A DNA stretch of 64,000 bases, from assembly GCF_006345805.1 (NCBI RefSeq), contig NC_042998.1, positions 52,452,001 through 52,516,000 of the forward strand, in the 5' to 3' direction. Position 1 is the stretch's first letter, and each line of letters opens with the position of its first letter. The notes beneath the pieces are model-generated. The model was not told the origin of the DNA. It saw only the letters and a list, made by a program, of their open reading frames with translations, and made no database searches. Shown here piece by piece: positions 1 to 11,112 of the stretch. The stretch comes from Octopus sinensis (taxonomy: Eukaryota). Made by a program: the position numbers and the translations under genes.

Positions 1-59
1 CTCTTTTTCAGTTTGTTCACTAATCGAAACTAAAACCAGACACCATCTCTATGATTTTC

Positions 60-190
60 TTTCTTCTCAATCTGTCTACTTTACCTCTCTTTCTTTCTCT
101 TTCTCTTCCTTTCTCCCTTTCTCTTTCTCTTCCTTTCTCCCTTTCTCTCTCTCTTCTTTTCTCCCTTTCTCTCTCCCTTTCTTTCTCTCA
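60..190. repeat. Pyrimidine-rich (CT/CTT) low-complexity tract
   Basis: Almost pure C/T run such as ctctttctctcttcctttctccc. Confidence 0.9.
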
Positions 191-346
191 CTAAAAGAAA
201 ACACACGCACACACACCTTTGCTAATTTCTTTCATTATTACAAAACAGATTGGATCTGTGAGTGAGTTATCCTGGCTCCAAAATAGTTTCAGTACATAAC
301 ATTAATATGCTATTGAATAAGCTCTTCAATATGTTCTTCTAAGTAC

Positions 347-487
347 CATTAATAATATGCCATTGAATAAATTTCCACAAGTCTTCACTTATAGCTGAAC
401 TGACAGTGTTGTTGATGATCAGGATAGTGTCAACTACCCCATCAAATTCTTTAACTCCTACAACCACCAGATACAACTCTTCATTGT
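347..487 (-). CDS. Candidate coding exon of an unidentified minus-strand gene (x-NEELYLVVVGVKEFDGVVDTILIINNTVSSAISEDLWKFIQWHIIN)
   Basis: Unique sequence. Minus-strand acceptor cctcttttttcaactgaag|, donor aatg|gtactt, 141 nt (multiple of 3), open frame. No homology recognised. Confidence 0.3.
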
Positions 488-555
488 CTTCAGTTGAAAA
501 AAGAGGACTCCTATTATGCTCTTACATATTTTGTCTCAACCAAAATTATGCAGGT

Positions 556-872
556 GGAGGTGCACTGGCCCTGTGGTTAGGGCAGCAGACTCGCGGTCGG
601 AGGATCATGGTTTCAATCCCCAGACCGGGCATTATCTGTGTTTATTGAGCAAAAACAACTAAAAAGCTCCACAAGGCTCCGGCAGGGGATGGTGGCAACC
701 CCTGTTGAACTCTTTCGCCACAACTTTCTCTCACTCTCTCTTCCTGTTTCTTGAGTAACACTGCGATGGACTGGCATCCCGTCCAGTTGGGGGTATCACA
801 TACGTCACAGAAACCAGGAAACCGAGCCCATGAGCCTGGCTAGGCTTCAAAAGGGTGAATAAAATAAAAAAA
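556..872 (+). mobile_element. tRNA-headed SINE, family A, tail type 1
   Basis: A-box-like tggccctgtgg and B-box-like ggtttcaatccc. About 190 bp head/body shared with 3121 and 11113. A-rich end. Confidence 0.85.
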
Positions 873-1098
873 ATTATGCAGTGGTACAAGATTAATTGTG
901 CACAAACTTCATTGACCCAAACAGTCTCACTGTTTGTACTAAAGGCTTATGCACCCCGAAATAAAACGAAAAACACTGTTCATAAAGAAATATTCATTCT
1001 TAAAGCAACATCAATACTTCAATAACTTCATTTACCATTACTATCATTACACTGAAGAATGAGTAAATTACCTATTTCAATGAACTGTATTATATAAC

Positions 1099-1375
1099 TG
1101 TCATTACTGTATTGATAAATAAATTAACACATACATTTCACTTATTATTATCATGTAATAAACTGACAGAGTTTCATGTATAAAAATGATCTTTTTTTTA
1201 CTTCAAGTATTACATGTTTTTCTCTTATAAAAATATCATATTGCCATTACTGTATAGATAAATAAAATAATACATACAACTCACTTATTATTGTCATGTC
1301 ATAAACAAACACAAGTTCATGTATGATATTGATCTTTCTTCTTCTTCAATTATTACATGGTTTTCTCTTCTAAAA
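1099..1375. repeat. Diverged tandem duplication, about 143-bp period
   Basis: gtcattactgtattgataaataaa...tttctcttataaaa recurs as gccattactgtatagataaataaa...ttttctcttctaaaa. Confidence 0.8.
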
Positions 1376-1505
1376 CTGCACACATACAGGAGGAGTAAAT
1401 TATACATATAATAATACTTTCCATATGGCTCCCAATAAACAGTAAAATTATTTACTTGATCAATAACAGATTTTACTGCTAGTATATATATATATATACA
1501 CACAG

Positions 1506-1903
1506 CAGGAGTGGTTGTGTGCCAAGTAGCTTGTTTACCAGCCACATGGTTCCGGGTTCAGTCTCACTGCGTGGCACCTTGGGCAAGTGTCTTCTACTAT
1601 AGCCTTGGGCCGACCAAAGCCTTGTGAGTGGATTTGGTAGACGGAAACTGAAAGAAGCCCATCGTATGTATGTATGTATATATATATATATGTGTGTGTG
1701 TCTGTGTTTGTCCTCCTAGCATTGCTTGACAACCGATGCTGGTGTGTTTATGTCCCCGTAACTTAGCGGTTCGGCAAAAGAGACCGATAGAATAAGTACT
1801 GGGCTTACAAAAGAATAAGTCCCGGGGTCGAGTTGCTCGATTAAAGGCAGTGCTCCAGCATGGCCGCAGTCAAATGACTGAAACTAATAAAAGAGTAAAA
1901 GAG
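1506..1903 (+). mobile_element. tRNA-headed SINE, family B, with internal (TA)/(TG) microsatellite
   Basis: Head aggagtggttgtgt...ggttccgggttcagtctcac and body ccttgggcaagtgtcttctactatagcc. Ends gactgaaactaataaaagagtaaaagag. About 20 copies in the window. Confidence 0.9.
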
Positions 1904-1929
<26 letters not shown>

Positions 1930-1936
<7 letters not shown>

Positions 1937-2041
1937 CTCCATACTAGCATCAAGAGGAACACAAGAAATCTTCATATCAAGGAAGCTGTTTTGATCCACC
2001 AACTCAACCCAAAAATTAACAGTCAGTCAGAGATGGGTTGA
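1930..2041 (+). pseudogene. PLE GIY-YIG endonuclease C-terminal remnant
   Basis: Translates ...RNLHIKEAVLIHQLNPKINSQ, matching the typical Penelope-type L.IKEAL.I....P.LN.Q tail. Confidence 0.65.
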
Positions 2042-2592
2042 TGGCTTCTATGAATACATCATAGCGACTGCATCTGAGATCATGTCATACATCACCAACA
2101 CTATCTTCTACTGCCACCACCACCACCACCACCACAACCACTTGAAAATATATCACATTGACCAACAGTTGGAGAGTTACTTGCACCATCTGCTACTGCT
2201 GCTAACCCAAACACTAAGCTGTTTAAAATAAAATAATGGAATTGATCTAACTAAATATTTCTTGAACTGCTTCTTTCTGAGGATAGGCATTTGCACCTGA
2301 AATATAAAGGTTCTTGTAAAACTTTCTTCATTGTTCAAAGCGTTCTTTATTTTCCTTTTACTTTTTCTACAGCTATATATGTATGTATACATGCATACAC
2401 ACACAGACACAGACACAGATACATACACACATACACACACACACACACTCATATTCATTATCGATGTGTCTGTATGCATGCTAGCAAACAAGACAGAAGA
2501 AGGCAGCAAGAAATAGAGACGTGAAGAGAGAGACAAAGAGAGAAAGCAGCTGGAAAATAAAGATATTTTATCATTGAGTCTATAATACAAAC

Positions 2593-2686
2593 CTCTTCCC
2601 AGACACTTGTTTGCAATCAACAACAGATTTAAAAGGTTTCCAGCTTTGACACTTGAATATAATATAAAAGTAAATAAAATCGAATT
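2593..2686 (-). CDS. Candidate exon (94 nt) of an unidentified minus-strand gene
   Basis: Strong acceptor tattattttttttcccttcag|, donor aagag|gtttgt. Two frames open (NSILFTFILYSSVKAGNLLNLLLIANKCLGR or FDFIYFYIIFKCQSWKPFKSVVDCKQVSGK). Confidence 0.35.
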
Positions 2687-2765
2687 CTGAAGGGAAAAAA
2701 AATAATATTGAAGTAGCAATTGCAACGAAGCTAATTCTTGTTGTTATTGTAACTACTACTACTAC

Positions 2766-2799
<34 letters not shown>

Positions 2800-2986
2800 A
2801 ATACTGCTACTGCTGCTGTTGCTGCGGCCACCACCACAAACACCACCATAACTACCATCACCACCACCACATATGTGCATACTTGTGTTTGCAAGTCTCA
2901 GTACAAGAGTGTGTGCATGCTCACGTCTGACATACACGTTCACACCCATGTGTGCATGCACACAAACAGTTTGATTTGATAAAGAG

Positions 2987-3021
2987 CTGGGCCATTGCGC
3001 CTCCATGGTATGTTACATATA

Positions 3022-3055
<34 letters not shown>

Positions 3056-3138
3056 GTTTAAAACGGACGCTAAATGATGATGATGATGATGATGATGATG
3101 ATGTATATGTAACATACCATGGAGGCGCAATGGCCCAG
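2987..3138. repeat. Near-perfect palindrome (about 65-bp arms) across the 5' junction of a SINE A
   Basis: ctgggccattgcgcctccatggtatgttacatatac(atc)n ... (gat)n gtatatgtaacataccatggaggcgcaatggcccag. Confidence 0.95.
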
Positions 3139-3428
3139 TGGTTGGGGCAGCGGACTCGCGGTCATAGGATTGCGGTTTCAATTCCCAGACCAGGCATTGT
3201 GAGTGTTTATTGAGCAAAAACACCTAAAAGCTCCACGAGGCTCCAGCAGGGGGTGGTGGCGATCCCTGCTGTACTCTTTCGCCGCAACTTTCTCTCACTC
3301 TTCTGTTGGCCTGCTCGCTTAGCCAGTGGGGTGGCGTCATTTGAAGGCTAAAACAATGCGAAGTGCATTGTGACCAGCGATGTGTAGCAACATCTGATGG
3401 CCTGGTCAGTCATGGTGATCACGGTGAT
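3121..3428 (+). mobile_element. SINE family A, tail type 2
   Basis: Same head/body as 556. Different 3' half (ggcctgctcgcttagccag...gtgatcacggtgat). Confidence 0.85.
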
Positions 3429-3429
3429 G

Positions 3430-4190
3430 TAACATCATCATCATCATCATCATCATCATTTAACGTCCGCTTTCCATGCTAGCATGGGTTGGACGGTTCA
3501 ACTGGGGTCTGGGGAGCCCGAAAGCTGCACCAGTCCAGTCAGATCTGGCAGTGTTTCTACAGCTGGATGCCCTTCCTAACGCCAACCACTCCGAGAGTGT
3601 AGTGGGTGATTTTATGTGCCACCGACACAGGTGCCAGACGGGGCTGGCAAACGGCCACGCTCGGATGGTGTTTTTTATGTGCCACCGACACAGGTGCCAG
3701 ACGAGGCTGGCAGACGGCCACGCTCGGATGGTGTTTTTTATGTGCCACCGACACAGGTGCCAGACGAGGCTGGCAGACGGCCACGCTCGGATGGTGTTTT
3801 TATGTGCCACCGACACAGGTGCCAGACGAGGCTGGCAGACGGCCACGCTCGGATGGTGTTTTTATGTGCCACCGACACAGGTGCCAGATGAGGCTGGCAA
3901 ACGGCCACGATCGGATGGTGCTTGTTACGTGCCCACAGCACGGAGGCCAGTCGATGCGGTACTGGCTACGGCCACGTTCGGATGGTTTTCTTATGTGCCA
4001 CGTGCCACCGGCACTGGTACCACAAAGATACAAATTCCATTGATGTTCATCTATTTTGATTTGTTTTGATTTTCACTTGCCTCAGCAGGTCTTCACAAGT
4101 GTCACAAGAAGGAAGGTATGCACAGGTGGACTGACTACGTCCCAGGTAGGGGCCATGGGTTATGGCCTGACTAGTCTTGCCGGGTCTTCG
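3430..4190 (-). mobile_element. RTE-type LINE 3' end / RTE-tailed element with (GAT)n tail
   Basis: (cat)n-tttaacgtccgctttccatgctagc...ggatgcccttcctaacgccaacc. The same 3' region is joined to RTE ORF2 residues at 6310-6965. Confidence 0.75.
3611..3920. repeat. Minisatellite, five units of about 62 bp, inside the RTE 3' region
   Basis: Unit tttatgtgccaccgacacaggtgccagacgaggctggcagacggccacgctcggatggtgttt starts at about 3611, 3674, 3737, 3799 and 3861. Block 3850-4049 recurs at 4189-4384. Confidence 0.95.
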
Positions 4191-4646
4191 GATGGTGTTT
4201 TTATGTGCCACCGACACAGGTGCTAGATGAGGCTGGCGAACGGCCACGATCGGATGGTGTTTGTCATGTGCCCACAGCACGGAGGCCAGTCGATGCGGTA
4301 CTGGCTACGGCCACTTTCGGATGGTTTTCTCTTGTGTGCCACCGGCACTGGTACCACAAAGATACAAATTCCATTGATGTTCATACCATGGAAACCCCAG
4401 AGTCACAGGCTGCTGGACTGGCCTAAATAAAAACTACTGTACACTATATTTTGCATTGACCACACTATCAGCTGTTGTTATACACCACTGGTCACAATGT
4501 GCTTCCTTGCATTGTTTTATCCATCAAATGATCCCACCCTGCTGATGTGGAGGTGAGTGGCTTAGTGGTTAGGGTGTTGGACTCATTATCATAAGATTGT
4601 GTTTTCGATTCCTGGACCAAGAGATGTGTTGTGTTACTCTTTACTC

Positions 4647-5045
4647 TTATACTTGTTTCAGTCCTTTGACTGTGGCCATGCTGGAGCACGGCTTTTAGCT
4701 GAGCAAATCGACCACAGGACTTATTCTTTGTAAGCCTAGGACTTATTCTATCGATCTCTTTTGCCAAACTGCTAAGTTACGAGGACATAAACACACCACC
4801 ATCAGTTGTCAAGCGATGTTGAGGGCACAAACACAGATACACAAACATATACACACACATACACATACATATATATACATATACACAACAGGCTTCTTTC
4901 AGTTTCCGTCTACCAAATCCACTCACAAGGCTTTGGTCAGCCCGAGGCTATAGTAGAAGACACTTGCCCAAGGTACCATGCAGTGGGAATGAACCCAGAA
5001 CCATGTGGTTGGTAAGCAAGCTTCTTACCACACAGCCATTCCTAT
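4647..5045 (-). mobile_element. SINE family B
   Basis: Reverse complement of the 1506 element. Confidence 0.9.
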
Positions 5046-5061
5046 GCCGAAAGAAAAAGAC

Positions 5062-5302
5062 AGACGAAATACCTATTTCTTTACTACCCATAAGGGGCTA
5101 AACACAGAGAGGACAAACAAGAACAGACAAATGGATTAAGTCGATTATATCGACCACAGTGCATAACTGGTACTTATTTAATCGACCCCGAAAGGATGAA
5201 AGGCAAAGTCGACCTCGGCGGAATTTGAACTCAGAACATAATGGCAGACGAAATACGGCAAAGCATTTCACCTGGCGTGCTAACGTTTCTGCCAGCTCGC
5301 CA
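5062..5302 (-). mobile_element. tRNA-headed SINE, family C
   Basis: Minus strand ggcgagctggcagaaacgttagcac...ctgagttcaaattccgccgaggtcgactttgcctttcatcctttcggggtcgat. Confidence 0.85.
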
Positions 5303-5558
5303 CCTTCTTGGGCAAAAATGAATAATCTTGCAACAGACCAGCATCCTATCTTGATGGGGAATATATGTGCCATGAAATCAGGAACCCGGTCCTTATGAGT
5401 CCCTATGACGCATGAAGGTAACTTTACCTACACTCCTGATGCCATTTGAAATTCTCTTAAGAGAACTTCTGTGTTGAAAATTTGTGTTAAAAATCACATC
5501 TCAAGTACTTTCCCTATTTGTGTGTAAACAAATATATTATATGTGATTCATACATCAA

Positions 5559-6074
5559 TCTCTCTCTATGTAAACGGCAGTTTGTCTGTCTGTGTGTCTG
5601 TCAGGTTGTAACCTCACCCTGACCACGGCTTTCAACCGATTCTGATGAAACTTGACACACACATAGCCCAATGTCATAATTCAAAACTAACGCAGCGAAA
5701 ATTTTAAAAAGTTCCCCCCAGTTCTGAAAAACATTGATAAATTCGACACGGGGTCGAGAATCTAAGCTTTTTATTTGCAACACATTTTCTGTTGTAGTTT
5801 TCACAACTTGCAATCGATTTTCACCAAACTCATGGTGAAGCTTAATGTTACCCTAAGAAACTTAATTCTGACGTTAGTTTTCCATGCAATACCTTACCAT
5901 CAGAAAAAATCGATAAAATCATGCCATTTTGGGAAATCGCGTTCAAATTCAAGATGACATATTTTCAACAATATCTTTCACAAAATGGCAGGAATTTTTT
6001 TTAAATTCACAGCGAGCATCATATCTGCTCCAGGGGCTCTTACATACTCAGGCAATGCCGGGCTGTGCTGCTAG
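5559..6074 (+). mobile_element. Non-autonomous Helitron-type element
   Basis: A|TC start, (gtct)n near the 5' end, subterminal GC-rich hairpin-like segment caggcaatgccggg, and CTAG|T end. Confidence 0.75.
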
Positions 6075-6309
6075 TATTATATATGTGTGTGCATGTGCAC
6101 ATGCAATTGTGTGTGTGTATGAGTGAGTGTATATATTGGTGTAAGCATGGGTGTGTGGTTAAGGAGTCAACTTCAGAATCAAATGATTAGGTGTTTTATC
6201 TCACTTTGTGAATGTTGGCTGGTGTTCTACATTATGATCCTAAGTTGACCAATGCCTGATGAATGAAGTTGTAGATAGAAACTGAAGAATCCTCACACAC
6301 ACACACATT

Positions 6310-6965
6310 TCGTTTCAGTTACAGCCTGCTTTCCATGGTGGCATAAGTTAGATGACCAGGTTCCAGTCTGTTTTGGCTTGGTTTCTATAGCTGGATGTCC
6401 TTCCTAATGCTAACTACCCCACAGAGTATACCTTGGTACCTTTTACGTGTCATCACCATGGGTGCATTTTATGTGTCACTAGTAATGGCCACAACTATGA
6501 TTTCACTAAGCTTTATGTGTCTTCTCAAGCACAGCAAATCACCAAAAGACTCAGTCACTTGGCATCACTGCCATGAAACAACATTTGAAGATCATATTCC
6601 ACTTATTCCAAGATCTACCACTTCTACAGTTCCCCTCAGAGATCAGTTAGAGATCACTTCTTTAAGCAACAGTCTACATCCATACACATCACATGACCAT
6701 ACCAGTGCAGTCTTCTCTCTTGCACACTATATCTGATGCCTCTTATACCCAATCTTTCTTCTAAGACACTATGTTGTACATGCACACTGACATTGTACAT
6801 CCAGCAGAGTATACTAACTTCTTTTCTTTCAAGTCTTCACATATCCTCTGCAGTTACAACCCTTGTCTCACCGTCATGTAGAATGGCTGTTTGCACACAG
6901 GCATCATACAATCTGCCTTTCAATCTACCCTTTGTTACCAAAAAAGGTAGGTCTCTGAAATTCAC
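6310..6965 (-). pseudogene. 5'-truncated RTE LINE (ORF2 C-terminus plus 3' UTR)
   Basis: Minus strand gives RLYDACVQTAILHDGETRVVTAEDM*RLERKEVSILCWMYNV...VQERRLHWYGHVM, typical of the RTE RT C-terminal region, with stops. Confidence 0.85.
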
Positions 6966-7014
6966 CCAGCCTGTTTTATATATACATACACACACATTAT
7001 ATATATACATATAT

Positions 7015-7390
7015 ACGTTTATATATTTGTTGTGCAAGATTTTTTATGTGAAGTCGTGTGTTGAAACAGATATTGTTATATTTCGGAATGGTCATTTTGC
7101 CAGTTTAGCCAATAAAATCACACGCGCTATATATTTGGTGTTACTTTGCTTCAGTGTTATTTATTTTTTACATTAATCTTAATCTTATTTCGGCCAGAGT
7201 TCTTTCGTCACATTCCTGTGACCGCATCAGTGGTCCTTTGCTTTCTTCTTTCTTATTTGTGTGTCTTTCCTTACTAACCGTCAGCCATTTTGTATTTCTA
7301 TTGTATGTCTTCATTTGCGCATGCTTATATCTCTATGTGCGTCTATGTGTATTTAGTGTGTGTGTGGGGGGGATGCCTGTAATATTTGTA
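7015..7390 (-). mobile_element. Non-autonomous PLE-like repeat with a degenerate hammerhead-like motif (7192-7236)
   Basis: Shares sequence with 14005-14065 and 46060-46165. Minus strand ggacca CTGATGC g gtcac-aggaat-gtgac GAAA gaactc tggcc. Confidence 0.45.
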
Positions 7391-7524
7391 TCTTCTGTTT
7401 ATATACGTTCATGTAATTTGTTTTTGTTGTTGTTTTTGTTTATTCTTATTTTGTTCATGTGTTTACATCCCTTTATTATTATCATTACATATGTTTGTAT
7501 GTATGTATAACAACAATACTAGTA

Positions 7525-8660
7525 ATAATGTGGCCAACCTTTTCATGGTATGGTGGGACAGAAGGCTTAAAGAACGCCTAATACAGAACTTCATACTTGT
7601 AAACATGTACTCTCGCTATGTTGATGATATCAACATAGTGGTAAAGGCACCCCCACAAGAGAGTACTGTTGATATAGTAATAGAAACTAATACTATGGAG
7701 AGCATCCAGCAAATAGCTAACTCCATCCACCAGAGTATTAAGGTCACAATAGACTACCCCACTAAACACCCCAACCATAGACTACCAGTACTAGACACTG
7801 AACTCTGGCTAGAAATTGTGAATAATAAAACCCAAATCCTTCATTCATACTATGCTAAACCTATGGCCTCAAAATACTTGATCCACCGGAACTCAGCCAT
7901 TGCGGACAATGCCAAATTCAATATTTTGATGGCAGACCTCGTCAGAATAATGAGAAATGTGCCATACATGTGCGAGCCTACAGAGTTAAAGAGACACATA
8001 CAATATTTCATTCACCGCATGCAGTTCTCAGGTTACAGCTATAAAGAAAGGATCAGAGTATACAAAGGAGCCATGAAGAAATTTGATAATAAATTATGTA
8101 ATGATAGGAATGGGATTTGCCCGCTGTATAGGAACAAGTCATGGAACACTATAGAAAGGACAAAAAAGAAAATAGGGAAGGCCAACTCTTGGTATGATAG
8201 CCATAAATACCAGAGTGTCATGTTCGTTGACACCACCCCTGGAGGTGAACTGGTGTACCGCTTTAGAAGGACACTAGACAAACTTAAGCTAAGGATTAAG
8301 GTTGTTGAAAAGCCAGGCAACCCTATCAAATCTATAATTGGTAGAACCTATCCTTTTAGTAGAACCCCCTGTACTGATAAGTACTGTACTGTATGTAGAT
8401 TTAGCCCACAAACAAACTGTAAAGCCAGAAATGTAGTCTATAATATAAGATGTATAGAGGGACAATGCAGTAACAAGACAACGACATATGTAGGGGAAAT
8501 GACAAGAAGCATAGGAGAGCGGGTAAATGAACATTGGAGATAACTCAAGGAAGGTAAAAGCTCATCGATTATGTACCAACACGCCGAACAGGAACACGGG
8601 GGATCAATCAACAACATAGAAATTAAAATATTGTCCACACATAGAACAGATGCAACAATA
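7525..8660 (+). pseudogene. 5'-truncated Penelope-like retroelement: RT (YVDD), Cys-rich linker and GIY-YIG endonuclease, Neptune-like
   Basis: ANLFMVWWDR...YSRYVDDI (YVDD at 7617-7628), LPVLDTELW, YAKPMAS...IHRNSA, PC....CTVC......CKARNVVYNIRC and YVGEMTRS. TAA at 8541-8543, after which the frame continues (SSIMYQHAEQEH). Confidence 0.92.
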
Positions 8661-8661
8661 A

Positions 8662-9072
8662 TCCAAACTTACAAGGAAAAATTAGATTTAGGATTAAATC
8701 CAATTTTATAGTATAAATATATATTATATTAAATTAGAGATAAAACCACTATTAGGCAAATCAAACAGTGAAAATTATAAGCCAATACATAGAAAAAAAT
8801 TAATTAAAAAATATAAAATATAAATATAAAAAATATAAAATATAAAATTCCAAATTAAAATATTTAAATTAAAGTTAAAATTTTAAAAGTTATTTAAATA
8901 ATTTAATTTTTAAAATTTTAACTTTAATTCAAATATTTTAATTTGGAATTTTATATTTTATATTTTTTATATATTTTATATTTTTTTAATTAATTTTTTT
9001 CTATGTATTGGCTTATGATTTTCACTGTTTGATTTGCCTAATAGTGGTTTTATCTCTAATTTAATATAATAT
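8662..9072. repeat. Fold-back element with a palindrome of about 350 bp (arms 8718-8888 and 8909-9072)
   Basis: attagagataaaaccactattaggcaaatcaaacagtgaaaattataagccaatacatag is mirrored by ctatgtattggcttatgattttcactgtttgatttgcctaatagtggttttatctctaat. The start aatccaaacttac is shared with 35985. Confidence 0.93.
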
Positions 9073-9347
9073 ATATATATATATTTCTCTCTCTGTCTCT
9101 TTCTCTCTCTTATATATGTGCATGTGAGTGCATGTGTGTATATATATGTGTGTGTGTGTGTTTGTGTATGTACATAAAAGACAGAGATGGAAATAGCACG
9201 GAAGTAAGTCTAAGACATTTCAATTTAAGAGGGAATTTAATAAAAATGGTTTTAAAAATTATATAAAGAAGATATAGGTTTCTATGAATCTCATCTTATC
9301 AAATATCAGTAAAAATTTTAAAACAGTTTATCTTCTGTCTGTGTCTG

Positions 9348-9349
<2 letters not shown>

Positions 9350-9442
<93 letters not shown>

Positions 9443-9454
9443 CACACATATATG

Positions 9455-9529
<75 letters not shown>

Positions 9530-9687
9530 TATATATACATATATATACATATATATATATACATATATATATGTATATACATACATACATATATACATAT
9601 GTATACATATATATATATATACATATATATACATTTACATATACATACATGCATACATACATACATACATATATACATATGTATATA

Positions 9688-9743
<56 letters not shown>

Positions 9744-9748
9744 TATAT

Positions 9749-9794
<46 letters not shown>

Positions 9795-9835
9795 TATATA
9801 TATATTATATATATATGTTTATATATACATACATA
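9350..9835. repeat. Compound (CT)n/(TA)n/(TACA)n microsatellite
   Basis: Directly visible. Confidence 0.97.
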
Positions 9836-9984
9836 TCTTTTAGGGAATGGTGAAACTCAAGGCAGAAAAGCTATGAATAATAGAGAGTAAATATTGAGAT
9901 ATTTGGATAGAATAAGTCAGAGGCTGCCCATGGTTCATGAACTCACATCTTCTTTCTCAAAGTTTTTAATTTCTTATGACATTC

Positions 9985-10091
9985 AATAATGTATGTATGT
10001 ATGTATGTATGTATGTATGTATGTATGTATGTATGTATGTATGTATGTATGCATGTATGTATGTATGCATGCATGTATGTATATATGTATG

Positions 10092-10157
<66 letters not shown>

Positions 10158-10180
10158 TGTATGTATGTATGTATGTATGT
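9985..10180. repeat. (TATG)n microsatellite
   Basis: Directly visible. Confidence 0.97.
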
Positions 10181-11112
10181 GTAAGGGCATACTAATGAAA
10201 GTAATATAGTTTACATGAAGAATTGTGAAAATGTGGTTTAGAAAGTCACTGCATTGTGAGTTAGAATTACACAGGAATGGAAACAAAAGACAACAAAACA
10301 AAGTCACAGCTTGCACTTTTACATTATATATTTTGACATTTTGGTTTCATAAATCCTTCATCAAGAGGAAATGGATATTGAACCTATATCTGGTGATCTT
10401 ATGAGCACATGGTCATGGAGATGGCAGTGGTGGTGGTGGTGGGTTTTGAAGTGTTCTACTATTCATAGATTGGTAGTGTTATGTTAACCTATTGGTATGA
10501 TATAGCTCCTGTCTGTTGTTGATAGTAGAATTCAATTTAGTTATTAGAAAAGCTTTCTTAACCCTTTCTCATTCTTTAAAAGTGAAGGCACATGAGAGGG
10601 ATTCTTTGGGGTTTGAATAAATGTAACAAAAGCAAAGTCTGAAGGAAATATTAGCCATTTTTCATACTTTCTAGGAGTAAGCAAATAGAAAATAACGATT
10701 GCTATTCAAGGACAAAATTCGTGTTACACAGTGTTACCAGATACAATCTTTTTTTCTCTTACTGAGTTTGCATGTGATATAATGTAAAGAGGGGAAAAAA
10801 AACGAGTAGGTATTTTGTTATAAGGTAAATCTATATATGATATATAGTAAAAAATTATGGTTTGAGAAAGAAGTAATTTTCGCAACCCTTTCATGCTCAG
10901 TTGAAGCTTTCAGGCGACAGAAATAAATTATGGAAACAAAGAACTTAATGTGTGCATATTTTGGAAAAAACAGGTATCCAGCCATAGCAGACACTGAAGC
11001 TTAACATAGATCTCTGGCTTGCCAGCTTCTTTCAAGCCATGCTAGCTTAGTAAAGAACATTAAATGATAATGATGTTGATGATGATAACAATGATGACAA
11101 CACCAACATTGT

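Noticed and set aside
1290-1385. Minus-strand segment with a good acceptor and a GTGAGT donor
   Set aside because: All three frames contain stops, and it lies in an old tandem duplication. At most a non-coding exon.
1506-1580. tRNA-like A/B boxes at the SINE heads
   Set aside because: No complete cloverleaf, and each continues into a multi-copy SINE body, so they are not tRNA genes.
3611-3920. Regular ~62-bp repeats resembling a CRISPR array
   Set aside because: There are no unique spacers and no cas genes. The units are contiguous tandem copies inside a LINE 3' region in eukaryotic DNA.
5641-5650. CTGATGA motifs at 5642, 6257, 28677, 31242 and 62080
   Set aside because: No stem II followed by GAAA and no stem I complementarity. 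Chance matches.
8541-8543. In-frame stop in the PLE as possible selenocysteine recoding
   Set aside because: The codon is TAA, not TGA. Simple nonsense mutation is the likelier explanation.
9284-10316. Many ORFs rich in IY, YVCM, HT, SL, poly-H or poly-I (also at 31-33, 40, 46, 48-49, 52, 56, 60 and 62 kb)
   Set aside because: They are translations of stop-free microsatellites, not genes.
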